A stretch of DNA of 62,447 bases, the filler included, from Choristocarpus tenellus KU-1152 (lineage: Eukaryota; Protista; Phaeophyceae), in the NCBI GenBank assembly GCA_964200185.2. It is 15 parts of 15 records of this genome, joined end to end, with 100 filler letters (N's around TTAATTAATTAA, not from the genome) between each part and the next. Parts side by side here need not be neighbours in the genome. Positions count along the whole stretch, not along the records: positions 50,585 to 55,723 come from CAXNAD020011749.1; positions 55,824 to 59,755 come from CAXNAD020017080.1; positions 59,856 to 62,447 come from CAXNAD020026466.1; 12 more parts are not named here. One strand, 5' to 3'. Shown piece after piece: positions 51,201 to 62,447 of this stretch. The position numbers and the translations under genes were made by a program. How positions within the stretch are numbered: position 1 is the stretch's first letter; each line of letters starts with the position of its first letter. Under the pieces are notes generated by a model. It searched no databases. It was not told the DNA's origin and saw only the letters and a list, made by a program, of their open reading frames with translations.

Positions 51201-52404
51201 TTGCCCTTCTTGACTAAAATTCATTTTACAATACCAGATCGAACTTCGTCTTTTTATTACTTGAAAGAAATGAAACTTGGAACGTCCACCTGGCGTTACG
51301 GCGAAATAGCACCCCCCACATTACCACGAGTGTACGTCACGAAGTGTTCTGCTTACTATACTATGAAACCTTGCCCTTCCTTTCTTGCACTCTTGGGGTG
51401 TTCATATGGCGATACATGGTTACCGTGCCACAGTACATCCCCCACTACTTGTTCCTCGTACTTCGAAATACGAGGAACGATTTATCCAGATTGATGATCG
51501 AGGTATATCCCCTGTAAGGCCCTTGCGTAATTATCTCGATATTTTCGAGGGACCGAGGCGAGGTGCAGCGGGAGAAGTGATCAGATGTTATGCACTTGTA
51601 GCCCGAAATGTTCCATCATGACGACGAGGTTAAAGTCCTGTCCACCTCGTCCTAGTAGTCTGTTCCCATCAATAGAACTGACTCGAGCCAAGTCGCGCCC
51701 CTGCAGCAGAAACTGTCCCAGCGATAGTTTGAGCTACCACAAAGCTGTTGCCGGGGTGCTTGATATGTCACTTTCTTTGCTCGAAGGGAAATCTGGACCA
51801 ATTGCGGAGTTCACTGACCAGAACATTACACCTCTGATGTATGAAAAAAGAAACGTTCAACTACACAAGAATAATCTATCTCCCTTCTTTGTTCAAATAC
51901 ACACATCCAGCTGACGAGATGTTACCGCATTCTGCAGCACCAGCAATCGTTATAAGTTCTCTCGGGGGGCTGAATGGTCGGCAGTCATCCTCAGTGACAA
52001 AGAAAGAGCTGTACCGCAGGGGTATGCTAAGAAGAGTTCTAAACAAGCAACTTGAAGGGCCCAGGTACTGTAGGGGCCGCTGCCGAAATAATTGCTCTAC
52101 AAATATGCCTTTTCCAGCATTCCTTTGCTTGCTCAATCTTGCTGTCATAAATTTCCCGGGTGGCCCATTGGTTGGACATTGCTTCCCTAATAGAACGTTT
52201 CCCCTTGCTACTTGAACCTACCTATACAAGAACCCGACCTCCCAATCCTCAATCATTCGTTGGGTGGCGTCAATGGGATTTCCACCATTGTCTATCCACT
52301 GCAAGCGTGCTTCGCACACAACCATGCACTAACTGCCCCCATCCTTTCTGCACAGGGGGAAACGGTTCGGACAATTCACCGGGTCTCCTATCCCAGACAC
52401 AGGA

Positions 52405-53334
52405 GTGGCAGACCTTCGACACAACAGCACAGGTTGTCCACCTGGGACTCACTCTCGTAGCATGTGCCATAGCAGAAGCCTTCCCTACCTCTGTGACAAA
52501 CAACTTCCCCTCTACTCCCAACCTCGGGATACACACAAGTGGCAAATGGATGGCGTGGCGGGAGGATGGATAGAGGCTGCATCAGGCAGGCAGCGGCGAA
52601 TATGCAAGACAGACAGAGCTTCCACAGTTGGGTGTAATGGAGGTAAAACTGTCCATAAGACAACACCAGGTATAACCCAGTCCGGAATGGTAACGACCTT
52701 CCAGGATTTATTGCATGAGATTCGGGACCGGCGTCCAAGCCCACAGTCAGAGTGCCTAGGAGCCGATAAAATTCCATTGGAGGGATGCAGGTCCTCAGAA
52801 AAGGTATGGTGGAGTGAGGGTTGTTGCTTAACAATGGACGGCACATTATATTTGAGGGGAGAAGGACAGAGACGAGGTGGAGATGATGAAAGTATGATAT
52901 CAGGCGGGATTCATTATGGACTATCCTCAAAGACTAACTGTTTGATGTCAGCAACAATTCCAGAAGGCAAGACCGACCCTTGCATGAGAGAAACACTGCC
53001 AGCAAAATCTTCACAGGGAGCAGGAGAAGGGAAGGCATTCATGGGAGGACAAAAAGAGCACAGTTGTGTTTGTGACAGGTTGCCACAGTCCAGAACTGCT
53101 GGAGTTGAAGCAATTCAACTGCTTTCTGGAGGCAAGAAGCAACGGCAAACAATGTCACTAGTTGGGGCCAGTCCATCTACTCTCATGGTGGAAGAGGCTA
53201 GGGCCCTGGAGCGCACACTGCCTCTCCTCCAAGTGACCCCTTCTACCCTGTATAGTCCCTCTGGGCTACCCTTCTCAGATGATGAGTGTGGGAAGGTTCA
53301 AAACACAAACGTTTACTATGATTGCCCTGAAGAG
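52405..53334 (+). CDS. Probable large exon of an unknown low-complexity protein (5' end uncertain)
   Basis: 336-codon stop-free frame, S/G/T-rich; plausible donor gaagag|gtcagg at 53334; no recognisable domain. Confidence 0.45.
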
Positions 53335-54861
53335 GTCAGGGTGGCGATGGTTGAGGAGAGAGACAATGGGAGTGGTGCAGCAGAGGACTGGCAAGTTGGA
53401 TGTTGGAGTAGTTGAGGAAGTCAAGGCAGGGGTTTAAGCAGTCAATGAGGGGGTGAAACTGAGGGACATAACACATTCTGGCAGAAGGGTAGTGGTTAAT
53501 GGTCCAACTGTGGCCGCAGAAGCACATTCTACCAAGGACACAAGTAAGTTCAACGTGTAAGCTATGCACTTTGCAGACAGAGGTTGATGAGATCTATTGC
53601 TAGCAAGAGTGGTTACGTGTTGCACTTCATTTGTGCTATCCGGCTTCTGTCATTTACCAAAGCTACTTCTTCATGTTCTAGATGAAGTACATGAACTAGG
53701 CATAATTAGCAGCCCCAGCGGGAAAGACATGTAACCAGTTTGCACTGGGACCTGTCATGTAGAAGCAACTCCGCCATTTTACACATCATAATCACACCAG
53801 CATTGTGTGATACAGTAAATCAATTATTCGGAAGCGACTTTTTGTTGGGGGGGAAGTATGCAGGTTCCAGAGTGAGAGGAAGAAGGCAGGGAAAACATGC
53901 AGCTGGTTCCACATGCTGCTGCTATTGTGAACAAGAAGAAGCATATCTTTGTAGAGTGAACATTACAGCGTGTGGGATGTTGGAAACCAGGAACTGTGGA
54001 ACACTGAAAGGCTATCTTTCTGGTCAATAGCACAGTGGTTCCCTTCATTTGAACATATATATATGACCATAAACTTTTAACTCTGACCACTACCATTTTA
54101 GTACATACGAAGAGTCACTTGAATTGATGTTTCATTGCACTATTAACAGCTGAGAGGTCTGTGGTATGTTGAGATATGGTATACCTTTTATAGTCTAGAA
54201 AGTATTCCAACTCTATTTCGCAGTAAAATGAGTTCCATCACCAAGAAGCAAAAGGAGTCCTGTTGCAGACTGAGTTCTAACCCTAACTCTTGCACCTGAT
54301 GTGGATGTGAAGTTAGCCAGAGATGCTTGAACATACTGCAGGCAGAAGATTATAAAGGATGAACATAAGCCACAATTCTTAGGATCTTACGCTTCAGTCA
54401 TTCAACGTTTCTGTCTAAATCAGTTCAAAGGTGTGTGACATGCCTTTAACCTGTAATTAGTATCATAAAAAAGATCATATAGTCAGAACATATAGCTAGG
54501 CGGCAGTTCAACAGAATGATAGCAAAATATATCTTCTATATCAAATTCATACAGGCGTTTATGAAACCACCGGAAGGAATTTGCACTCTATAACAGTTCT
54601 GGGTGGAGGGGTGACTGTGTGAAGGTGATGCATGCCATACTGCTCAAGAGATTTGTTGGTTTTATTGCCCTCCAAGTGTGTCCTGGAGTATACTCTGCTT
54701 TGTTTTTCCCCTTTTGAATTTCAATATTTGCTGGTGCCATACGACTCAGCCAAGATGACAACAAAGAACAAATGATGCAAAACCATGTTCATGGCATAAA
54801 AATAAAGCTACATGATGATTGATTGGACACCCCCTCCTCCTCTGCTAGTTACTCTTGTCCC

Positions 54862-55117
54862 AAGTCAAAGTAAACGAGAGGTACCCAGGGTTGTTCATTT
54901 TAAGGATGCTGGCAAATGCTTTCATATATTTTTTTATAAATGTGCATGGTATATTTTCCGAACTATGTGGAAAACGTTCAAGTAATAGAGAAATCAACTC
55001 ACTCAAGTCATACTTGGCACTCTATCCATGGAAATAGGGGTGAACAGGAGAAGATCGAAAAACTGGGTTTTAATGCAAAACGGTCTAAAACTGTTTGCCT
55101 CTCATCTACTTTGCCTC
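54862..55117 (-). mobile_element. MITE family B
   Basis: Both TIRs; TSD TCCC. Confidence 0.85.
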
Positions 55118-55344
55118 TCCCAACAAAGCACAAGTAGGAGATAGGCATCATGCTTAGTCTCACATATCACAAGGATCACTAGGGGGTTTTGTATCAAATA
55201 ACAGGCAGACATTACTATTTATAGCACCATGTGTGAACCACTACTCAATTATCTTAGCATTCATGCAGTAGGTAGATGTTGTGAACACCATCTAGCCCAT
55301 ACTGGGATATAGTTGCCAACCATTTTAACAACCTTCGTCTAGTG

Positions 55345-55609
55345 GAGTCAAAGTAAACGAGAGGTATCCAGAGTTGCATTCTATGGATGCTGACAAATAT
55401 GTGCAAAATTCTTTTTGTTTTACCATTGCATAGAGGATATTTTCTTAAATATTTTATTTGTCCAAATTCAAACAACAGAGAAATCGATGTTCTCAAGTCA
55501 AACTTAGCCCTTCATCAATGGAAATATGGGTGAATTGCGAAAGATTTCAAAAAACTGACTTAAAATGCAAAACGACCAAAACCTAGGTACCTCTCGTTTC
55601 CTTTGGCTC
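55345..55609 (-). mobile_element. MITE family B
   Basis: GAGTCAAAGTAAACGAGAGGTA ... TACCTCTCGTTTCCTTTGGCTC; TSD AGTG. Confidence 0.9.
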
Positions 55610-56035
55610 AGTGAGCGGCACGTGAAGGACTACGAGATGGTATCAGTTTGAAATAAGGCCCCAGACACTGAGTAACATCCATGACCCAAAGTATCTGGTG
55701 GATGGGGGGGGGTCTACACCGGGNNNNNNNNNNNNNNNNNNNNNNNNNNNNNNNNNNNNNNNNNNNNTTAATTAATTAANNNNNNNNNNNNNNNNNNNNN
55801 NNNNNNNNNNNNNNNNNNNNNNNACAAACCTTCTTCATCACCGTCTTCATCCCACTCCCCCCCCCCCCTACCTACACCTCTATGCTCCCCTCTATGACGT
55901 TGTCTCTCTCCCCTGCTTTCTCCATCCTCGGTATCCATTGTCTCTAAGTCTGTCTCCAGACACTCCTCAAGAGCCAACATAGATCCCACCCTCAACCGCT
56001 GGTTGCTGCGTCCTCCAAATCCTTCGCCTCCCAAG

Positions 56036-56158
56036 GTTGCCGGGCACGATGTGGCATACTTAACAAGTATATCAGGGCAGCAAGTCCGTGGAGGCGGGGG
56101 CAGGGTTGAGAGCAGAATCGGGACAATAATAAAACCAGTGTTTGATGCCTTGATGAAG
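56036..56158 (+). CDS. Putative exon, unknown protein
   Basis: caag|VAGHDVAYLTSISGQQVRGGGGRVESRIGTIIKPVFDALMK|gttaaa, 123 nt. Confidence 0.35.
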
Positions 56159-58099
56159 GTTAAAAACAGAAAAGTGGTGGTGAAAAACAAGATGACAGAA
56201 AAAAGAAACAGGTTAACAACTGAACATTAAGTCTCTCCCATGTCAATGGCAATGCACCAATAACATCGTATTTCCACATGTAGTATTTTAACTATATAGC
56301 GTAAAAAACAAAAAAACTCCAAAAAATGTGCCACTTTGCTTAGCTTGAATTGGAGGGGGGTAAGCTTTTTCTCACCACAACATTGCGGCGCTCCTTCCAT
56401 GACGAACTCAGAGATCCAAACTCAAGAGGGGCCTCAAAATTAGCCTGAAAGGATTTTGGTAGTATCAGGGAAGCGGAAAAGAGGGTGAGGAACAAGAGAG
56501 ACCGGCACAGGACATAGTAAGCTTATTCTTCCTTTTTTCAACATCTATCATCATTCAATTAGAGAAGAATTGTTCTCAGAGAGTGTGGGACTAACCTCCA
56601 AAAGACCGAACTTCTATGTGACCTCGCAGTTCAGCAGAGGATGGGGAGGGCAGAGTGAAACTGTGACCTGGCTACACTAACTAACATGCCTTGCAAAAAT
56701 AGACCCGAGGAGGTGGCTACCTTCGCTGTAGTGTACATTTGTTTGAATAGAATAAGAGAGCACAACATGGAATGTACTGCAACTGACCAAAATGGAAGCT
56801 GTGGGGGTAGATACATAATAACCCAACCTCCCCCACACATCACATACACATGCAACCCTTAAGGGGATGATAGAAAGGTTAAACACGAGCAAGAGACTGG
56901 GGTCAAAGGACGTGAGGATAAGGGAGGACGAGCGCAAGAGGTACAGAGAAAGAAAAAGCAGCAAAAGCAGCAAAAGCAAAGGTCAAATTCCATACACTCC
57001 ATATTATTCCATCCAATCTAATTCAACATCTTCAACAAAGTCTTAAGCACCCCAACCACAAAGAGGTTCTTACTAGCAAGAATCCACAAGCTCACAAGAT
57101 GCTGTGCGTATGAGGAAAGTGCAACCAAGAGATACAAACATCAAAAGAGTGCATTTTCGACGAACCACAAAATAACACCGCCTCTGCATGGTCTTACTTC
57201 GAGGTCCTTTGCATGGATTCAAAAATGTGAAATGATTCAGGAACGATATTTGTGGAATCATGGAATCTAGTACAGACTTGTGGGGTGCTGAGGAGCTGGA
57301 GGTGCAGGAGTAGGCAACTTAGAAGGGAAAAGGTGTAAGATAGCACTGACCTGTGGTCCCAGCACAAGAGGAGGAAGATCGTCAAGAAACCGTGATGGTG
57401 GGAGCGACCCAGCCAGAAGGGGTGCCATCGGGGGTGGTAGAGAATGAGCTTCGAAGGGTATATGTCCCCCCTTGTGCTGCAAAGAGTCTCTAACCCCCAC
57501 GTCGTCATTGAATAACCTTGATCTCGCTTTTGTGCTGCCCCCCCCCCCTCCACCCACTCCATCTACATCTTGAAGCTGCCCTGGAACAGACGTTGACCGG
57601 ATGATGGAGATCGGTTGACTGGGCGTACGTCGCACCACAACTGTGGTGAGATACCAAGAAAAAAATGAGAGGGAAGAGGCGGATGGGGGGGGGGCATGGG
57701 GAGAGTTTCATTATGTTTAAGCCTCAGTGTGGATAACATAGATAGGGAGAGAGCGCAAGATGAGTATTGTACATACATCCTCCTGTAAGAAACTCATCCT
57801 TGTTCGTCCGTAGAGTTCCTTCTTTCCAATCAAAGGTTGCAATGAGATTCAGCTATATCTAAACAAATTACATTTCCTTAACCTAACCAGACAACTAAGA
57901 AGGCAAAATGATTCGGCAAGGTCCAGATAATCAGTTTACCAAACAAGATCCTGACCTGGTGAACTTCGTTGAGAACTATCACCCGGCGTTGAACAAGTCT
58001 TTCGTCCAACTCCTGGACTTTTTAGGAGTACCCTGAGTCCTGATGGTTGGTTACTACTTGGATCCTCCTCCATATTAGCCATAAAATTTAATTCTGCGT

Positions 58100-58520
58100 T
58101 GCACACCATGGCAGGTACCGCCAATCACCAGTGTCATTCAGAATTGAGTGAATTTTAACACGACCATCGGGCAAGGGGTAGGTAGTTGAGGGGTGTTGTA
58201 AGGGAGATATAACCTGGTATATAGGATAATCACGTGGGTAGAAGGCCCTGAGATGACATCTTACTCTCACGACATATGGAAATTCACGTTCCATGAAACC
58301 TCGCAACCTACACAAAGGAACCACACCCAAAACACGAACCCGTCAACTGATATATATCATACGAATCCAGTTCTCTTCCACTACGCGCCACCTGGACGCC
58401 TAGGATTCCAATCTCGGTCACGGTCAGTGCTATACGCTTCGGAAAGGTTCAGCCTCAGGCTATTACCTTGTACGATTTGGAGCTCACCAAAATAATTGGG
58501 TACACTCGTGACACGATTGG
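58100..58520 (+). pseudogene. Highly decayed Copia RNase H-like fragment
   Basis: Fragments FSSTTRHLD and ELTKIIG sit in the order expected for R.KHID.R / AD..TK.L. Confidence 0.3.
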
Positions 58521-59855
58521 ATCCGCTGCTAGAGTCAAAATGAAGGGGTAGATGCCACAATTGACAATAGTTCACTCCGCTTTTACTTTCTAATGTCACT
58601 TGATTGACATGAGTAGTAGGTCAAAGCGCGCGTCATCAATCTTTAGCGCGCGGCGACCAGTTGGAAGTTGGTGATAACATTTTAGACTTCCTCTCAAGTT
58701 TAGTAAGACTTGAACACCTCAACACTACATAACAAGAGTAACACTGTGCAGTTATCAAGGTAGACAAAAGTGCACCTTCCATAGAGCATTTTGAGGTAGA
58801 ATTCTATTAGAGGGTAGGGTGTCCCACTGAGAGGACGGCCAGGAGGCTGCTGAGAACCTGGAAGGGTGTGTAAACGTTACAACAAAAGGGAACACCTTAG
58901 GAGGAAACGGTCTTGGCAAAGGGGGGCTGCCTGGCCTTGCTCGGGGAGGACGGAGAAGCTATGTCGATGTAAGCTTATGTTTTCATTATCATTTGCTTGG
59001 CTTCCATTGAGCCAATAGACAGTTACTTAGATGTACTGCTATCTACGCAGCCAAAATGATGTCGTCTTTGTGAACGTCGACTTTGTGCCCCACTTTTTCT
59101 TGTCCTGTTTTAAACCCTTCCATCAATAGAACTGTTTTTCGATTAAGGATCCAGATCACTGTGCCTCACCTGTGCTTGATACTCACACCCGTGCGTGGAA
59201 TTGCTTTGCACGAATGTGAGTATCCTTTAGTGGGAATATATGGCGGAAATACTTGGTCTGAACTGCAGCCCTTAGTTGCGGTTTTTTGTGTGCCCCCTGA
59301 CTTGTCACTAGAGAAAGAAAATCCAATCTGTCAACAGTCCAATGTAGTTGCATGGGCTTGGGAAAGCTCCTCGCTTGGCCTGGGAAGAGGTGCTTTGTGA
59401 TGAACGAACACGCATTTCTGACATGTTATGGGTATGGAAACAATTAGTAAGGCTGAAGGATTTAATCAGCCTTGCGGCCAATGTAAACACCGACACAGCT
59501 CTCCGGTTCATTCTTGGGAAGAGTTACTCGTGGCAGGGAGAGAAACAACTTGAGGTGACAGGCATTCTTAGGGGTTGACCCATAGACCAGTGGACTCCTC
59601 TCTTCGTGCACCATTGGGATCCCCGTTTACAGTTATACCTTATAATCAGCATGAAATGCTCTACTTTGTACTAGGAGTGTGTTTTTAGGCATCTTGTTGG
59701 TGTATTACACATGTTGGCACATTGTTCTGACTCGCGCCATAGCTCTATAGTTCCTNNNNNNNNNNNNNNNNNNNNNNNNNNNNNNNNNNNNNNNNNNNNT
59801 TAATTAATTAANNNNNNNNNNNNNNNNNNNNNNNNNNNNNNNNNNNNNNNNNNNN

Positions 59856-62447
59856 CGATCACTTTGGACGGGCGTTGCTTGGTCAAGGTTAGAAGCAGAT
59901 AACTCATATTCCTTTTGAACACGTGTGGTAAATGCACGACTACCTTCAGGCACATTACGACAGATTGGTGCCAGCATTGGAGCAACGGATTTCTCCTGTT
60001 CCTCAAACTTGAAAATACGAGATAGAGTATCAGGTATAACATTGAGCTTACCGGGCTTGTGCTTGACTGTGAAATCATACGCTTGAAGAGCAATAGCCCA
60101 ACGGATAAGCATGTTACTGGTATCCTGCATTCTATACAGTAACACAATGCGGCATGATCTGTGATGCAGGTGAAGTGTCTACCCCAAAGATACGGTCGCC
60201 AATGCGTGATGGCTGTAACGACTGCATAACACTCTCTTAATGTAGCTGAATAATGACGTTGAGCTTCATTAAAATTCTTGCTGATACTATACCTAGGTCT
60301 GCAGGATTATCGGATCGAGATTGTGCTAAAAACCCTCCAGCACCACTCTCACTGGCATCAACATGGATGATGAATTCTTTGGTAAAGTCAGGGAACACGA
60401 GAACCGGGGCAGCAGTGAGTAATTGTTTTACTTTAAAAAAATGCCACATCCTGGTCCAATCCCCATTCTTTATCCACTCTCTTATTGACACCTTTCTTAG
60501 TGAGAAGAACTAACGGTTCGATTACTGTGGCTAAGTTGGGTATGAATTTACGCACAAAATTGATCATACCTAGGACAGATCGAAGTTCTTTGATGGTGGT
60601 GGGTTTGGGTAATTCAGTGATTGTACGTATGCAAATTACCTTGGGAGGTAATGCTATTTGTCAGTAGTGAAGATAAGAGAGTGTGAAGCCTCACACGGCC
60701 CCCTTTGCTGAACGCTAAAAAAGAATTGATGGATGAAATTTTGAAGAGTGACCTTTGTGTGTGGTGTCTTCTCATTGCTTGTTTATTATTTATTTGTGCT
60801 TCCTATCTGAGTCAACGGTCATGTCAAAGTTAGTTTAATGCAGAATAAATACCAATACATAATCCCATACATAATCTGGATGTACTACTTTATTAGTTAC
60901 ATCACATGGACTCAATTCAACACAACAATTCTCATATGCACAAAATATGGTACACCTCACTATTGTCCTATTTTGCACAGCACGGACACGATCCTCACCG
61001 ATACGAATCCCTTCAGACGATAAAATGTGGCCCAGGTAACGTACTTCTTTGGGTCCAAACTGGATCTTTGACGGTTTCAAAGTTAAACCTGCTGCTTGTA
61101 ACGTTTTGAACTGCTGTTCTAGTAAGTGTATATGTCTTTCCCCTGTGGGAGAACAAGCAATCAGATCATCCATGTAAACAAGCAACCCACTCAATGGACC
61201 AAAGTTGGTAAAGGCTAAGGACATGATTCTTTGAAATTGCCAAGGGGCATTTGATATCCCAAAGAGCATCCTCTTAAAAACGTATTTGCCTCTGGACGTG
61301 CAAAAGCAGCTTTATCAATGTCATCCTTAGCAACAGGAATTTGCCAATATGCACTCTGAATATCACAAACGGTAATAAATTTGGCACCCCCAACAGTATC
61401 AATATGAGACTCTGTATCAGGCATAGGCCAAGACTGTCGAACAAGGTGTTTGTTAATAGTTGACCTATAGTCTACACAGAATCGTGGGGAGCCATCAGAT
61501 TTGGCCACAATAGTAAGAGGACTACCCCAAGGGCTGGCACGTTTTTCAATAATGCCTTGCTCTTCCATATTATTAACACACGAGTCAATTACTTGTTGAG
61601 TACGGGGGTTTGCTCTGTAAGGGTTCCTGTCAACAGGTTTGGTACCAGCCTCTATAGGAATATCTGCTTCAGCTAGGGTACATCTTCCTAGTTCTGCTGT
61701 ATTCAACGAAAATACCGATCTATAACGAGCACAGCGGTCTAAACGTTGAGACACTTGTGACTGATTGAACGTGGTATCTTCGAATGCATTGGACTTGGTG
61801 AAGGCTTGATGTAACTCCTCTCTAGCTTTACTGAACGGAGCAGAATCAGTATTTAGAGCACTAACAGTAATTGGTACCTGATCTGAAATAGGGGTTAAGT
61901 GACCTATCACAAGATGCTTCCTGATACGTACTTTCCGGGTTGTTGGATTTTCCATTTGGACCAATATTGATTTATTATTGGCTGACAAAATACTGAGAGT
62001 GCGAGCAGCTACGATACGATTCCATGGATGTGTAGGTTCAGAGGCTTGATCTACAGCAAGCATGGAGTGTATGACTGGCTCCACTACCGCGGCAGTATCT
62101 AATGACGGACTAATATCAGTGGTGCAACGTACGGTGATTTCATGACCAGGTGGTATGTTATACTGTTTATGTACACGAACGGGTACAGGGTCAAAATCAT
62201 GTTGCACACTCACCACAGAGCACGAAGGAGTTGTACTTGTATCATGTACTTGAGTGGGGCTCCTTGTCATGTGATGTCTTGCTGAAATGGTACACGAACT
62301 GTTGTGAAATGAAAGACATCTTCTTGCCAATCAAGGATTGCACCGAAGGCCTGCATAACACTATTATCAAGCAGAATTTTATCGGGACGAAGTTGAGGAA
62401 TCACTAAAGCTTCAACTGGCAATGTGGTGTCACCAAGTGTAAGTGCA
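59856..62447 (-). mobile_element. Ty3/Gypsy LTR-retrotransposon pol (RT plus RNase H), frameshifted, split by a solo LTR
   Basis: PYRAN, SPWGSPLTIVAKSDGSPRFCVDY, DIQSAYWQI, MLFGISNAPWQFQ, VYMDD, VRYLGH, PVLVFPDFTKEFIIHVDAS, RWAIALQAYDFTVKHKPGKLNVIPDTLSR. Confidence 0.93.
60628..60979. mobile_element. Probable solo LTR (352 bp) inserted in the Gypsy RT
   Basis: Ends TATGCAAATT...ATTTTGCACA (TG..CA with one change); 5-bp TSD GTACG/GCACG; excision restores GEDRVR(A/T)ITELPKP. Confidence 0.75.

Noticed and set aside
2909-59855. Regularly recurring TTAATTAATTAA palindrome and ORFs ending ...LIN
   Set aside because: Artificial six-frame-stop linker between contigs, not biological; it also voids any neighbourhood argument across spacers.

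Overview
Eukaryotic, intron-rich, repeat-dense DNA. The TE and protein fragments resemble those of photosynthetic stramenopiles such as brown algae (an inference). The window is not contiguous genome: it is 15 contigs joined by 14 artificial 100-nt spacers (N44-TTAATTAATTAA-N44), so adjacency across spacers means nothing. Host gene fragments recovered by splicing GT-AG exons: a DDT/WHIM1 chromatin protein, a PFKFB 6-phosphofructo-2-kinase/FBPase-2 whose catalytic RHG motif reads RCG, a PhoD-like phosphatase exon, a SulP/SLC26 STAS-domain transporter and a coiled-coil protein. There is also an intact tRNA-Arg(CCT). Most remaining sequence is mobile DNA. The most coherent system is Sola2-like: one decayed transposase plus three MITE families with GRG...CYC termini, a shared GRGYCAAAGTA TIR core and 4-bp TSDs (shown for families A and B), nested inside one another. 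Also present: a near full-length Ngaro/DIRS-type tyrosine-recombinase retrotransposon with a complex inverted terminal architecture, two Ty3/Gypsy relics (one split by a solo LTR), CRE-like and RTE-like non-LTR relics, a plant-type mariner relic, Copia relics and three further small TIR elements. All family assignments come from motif recognition by eye; no searches were run.
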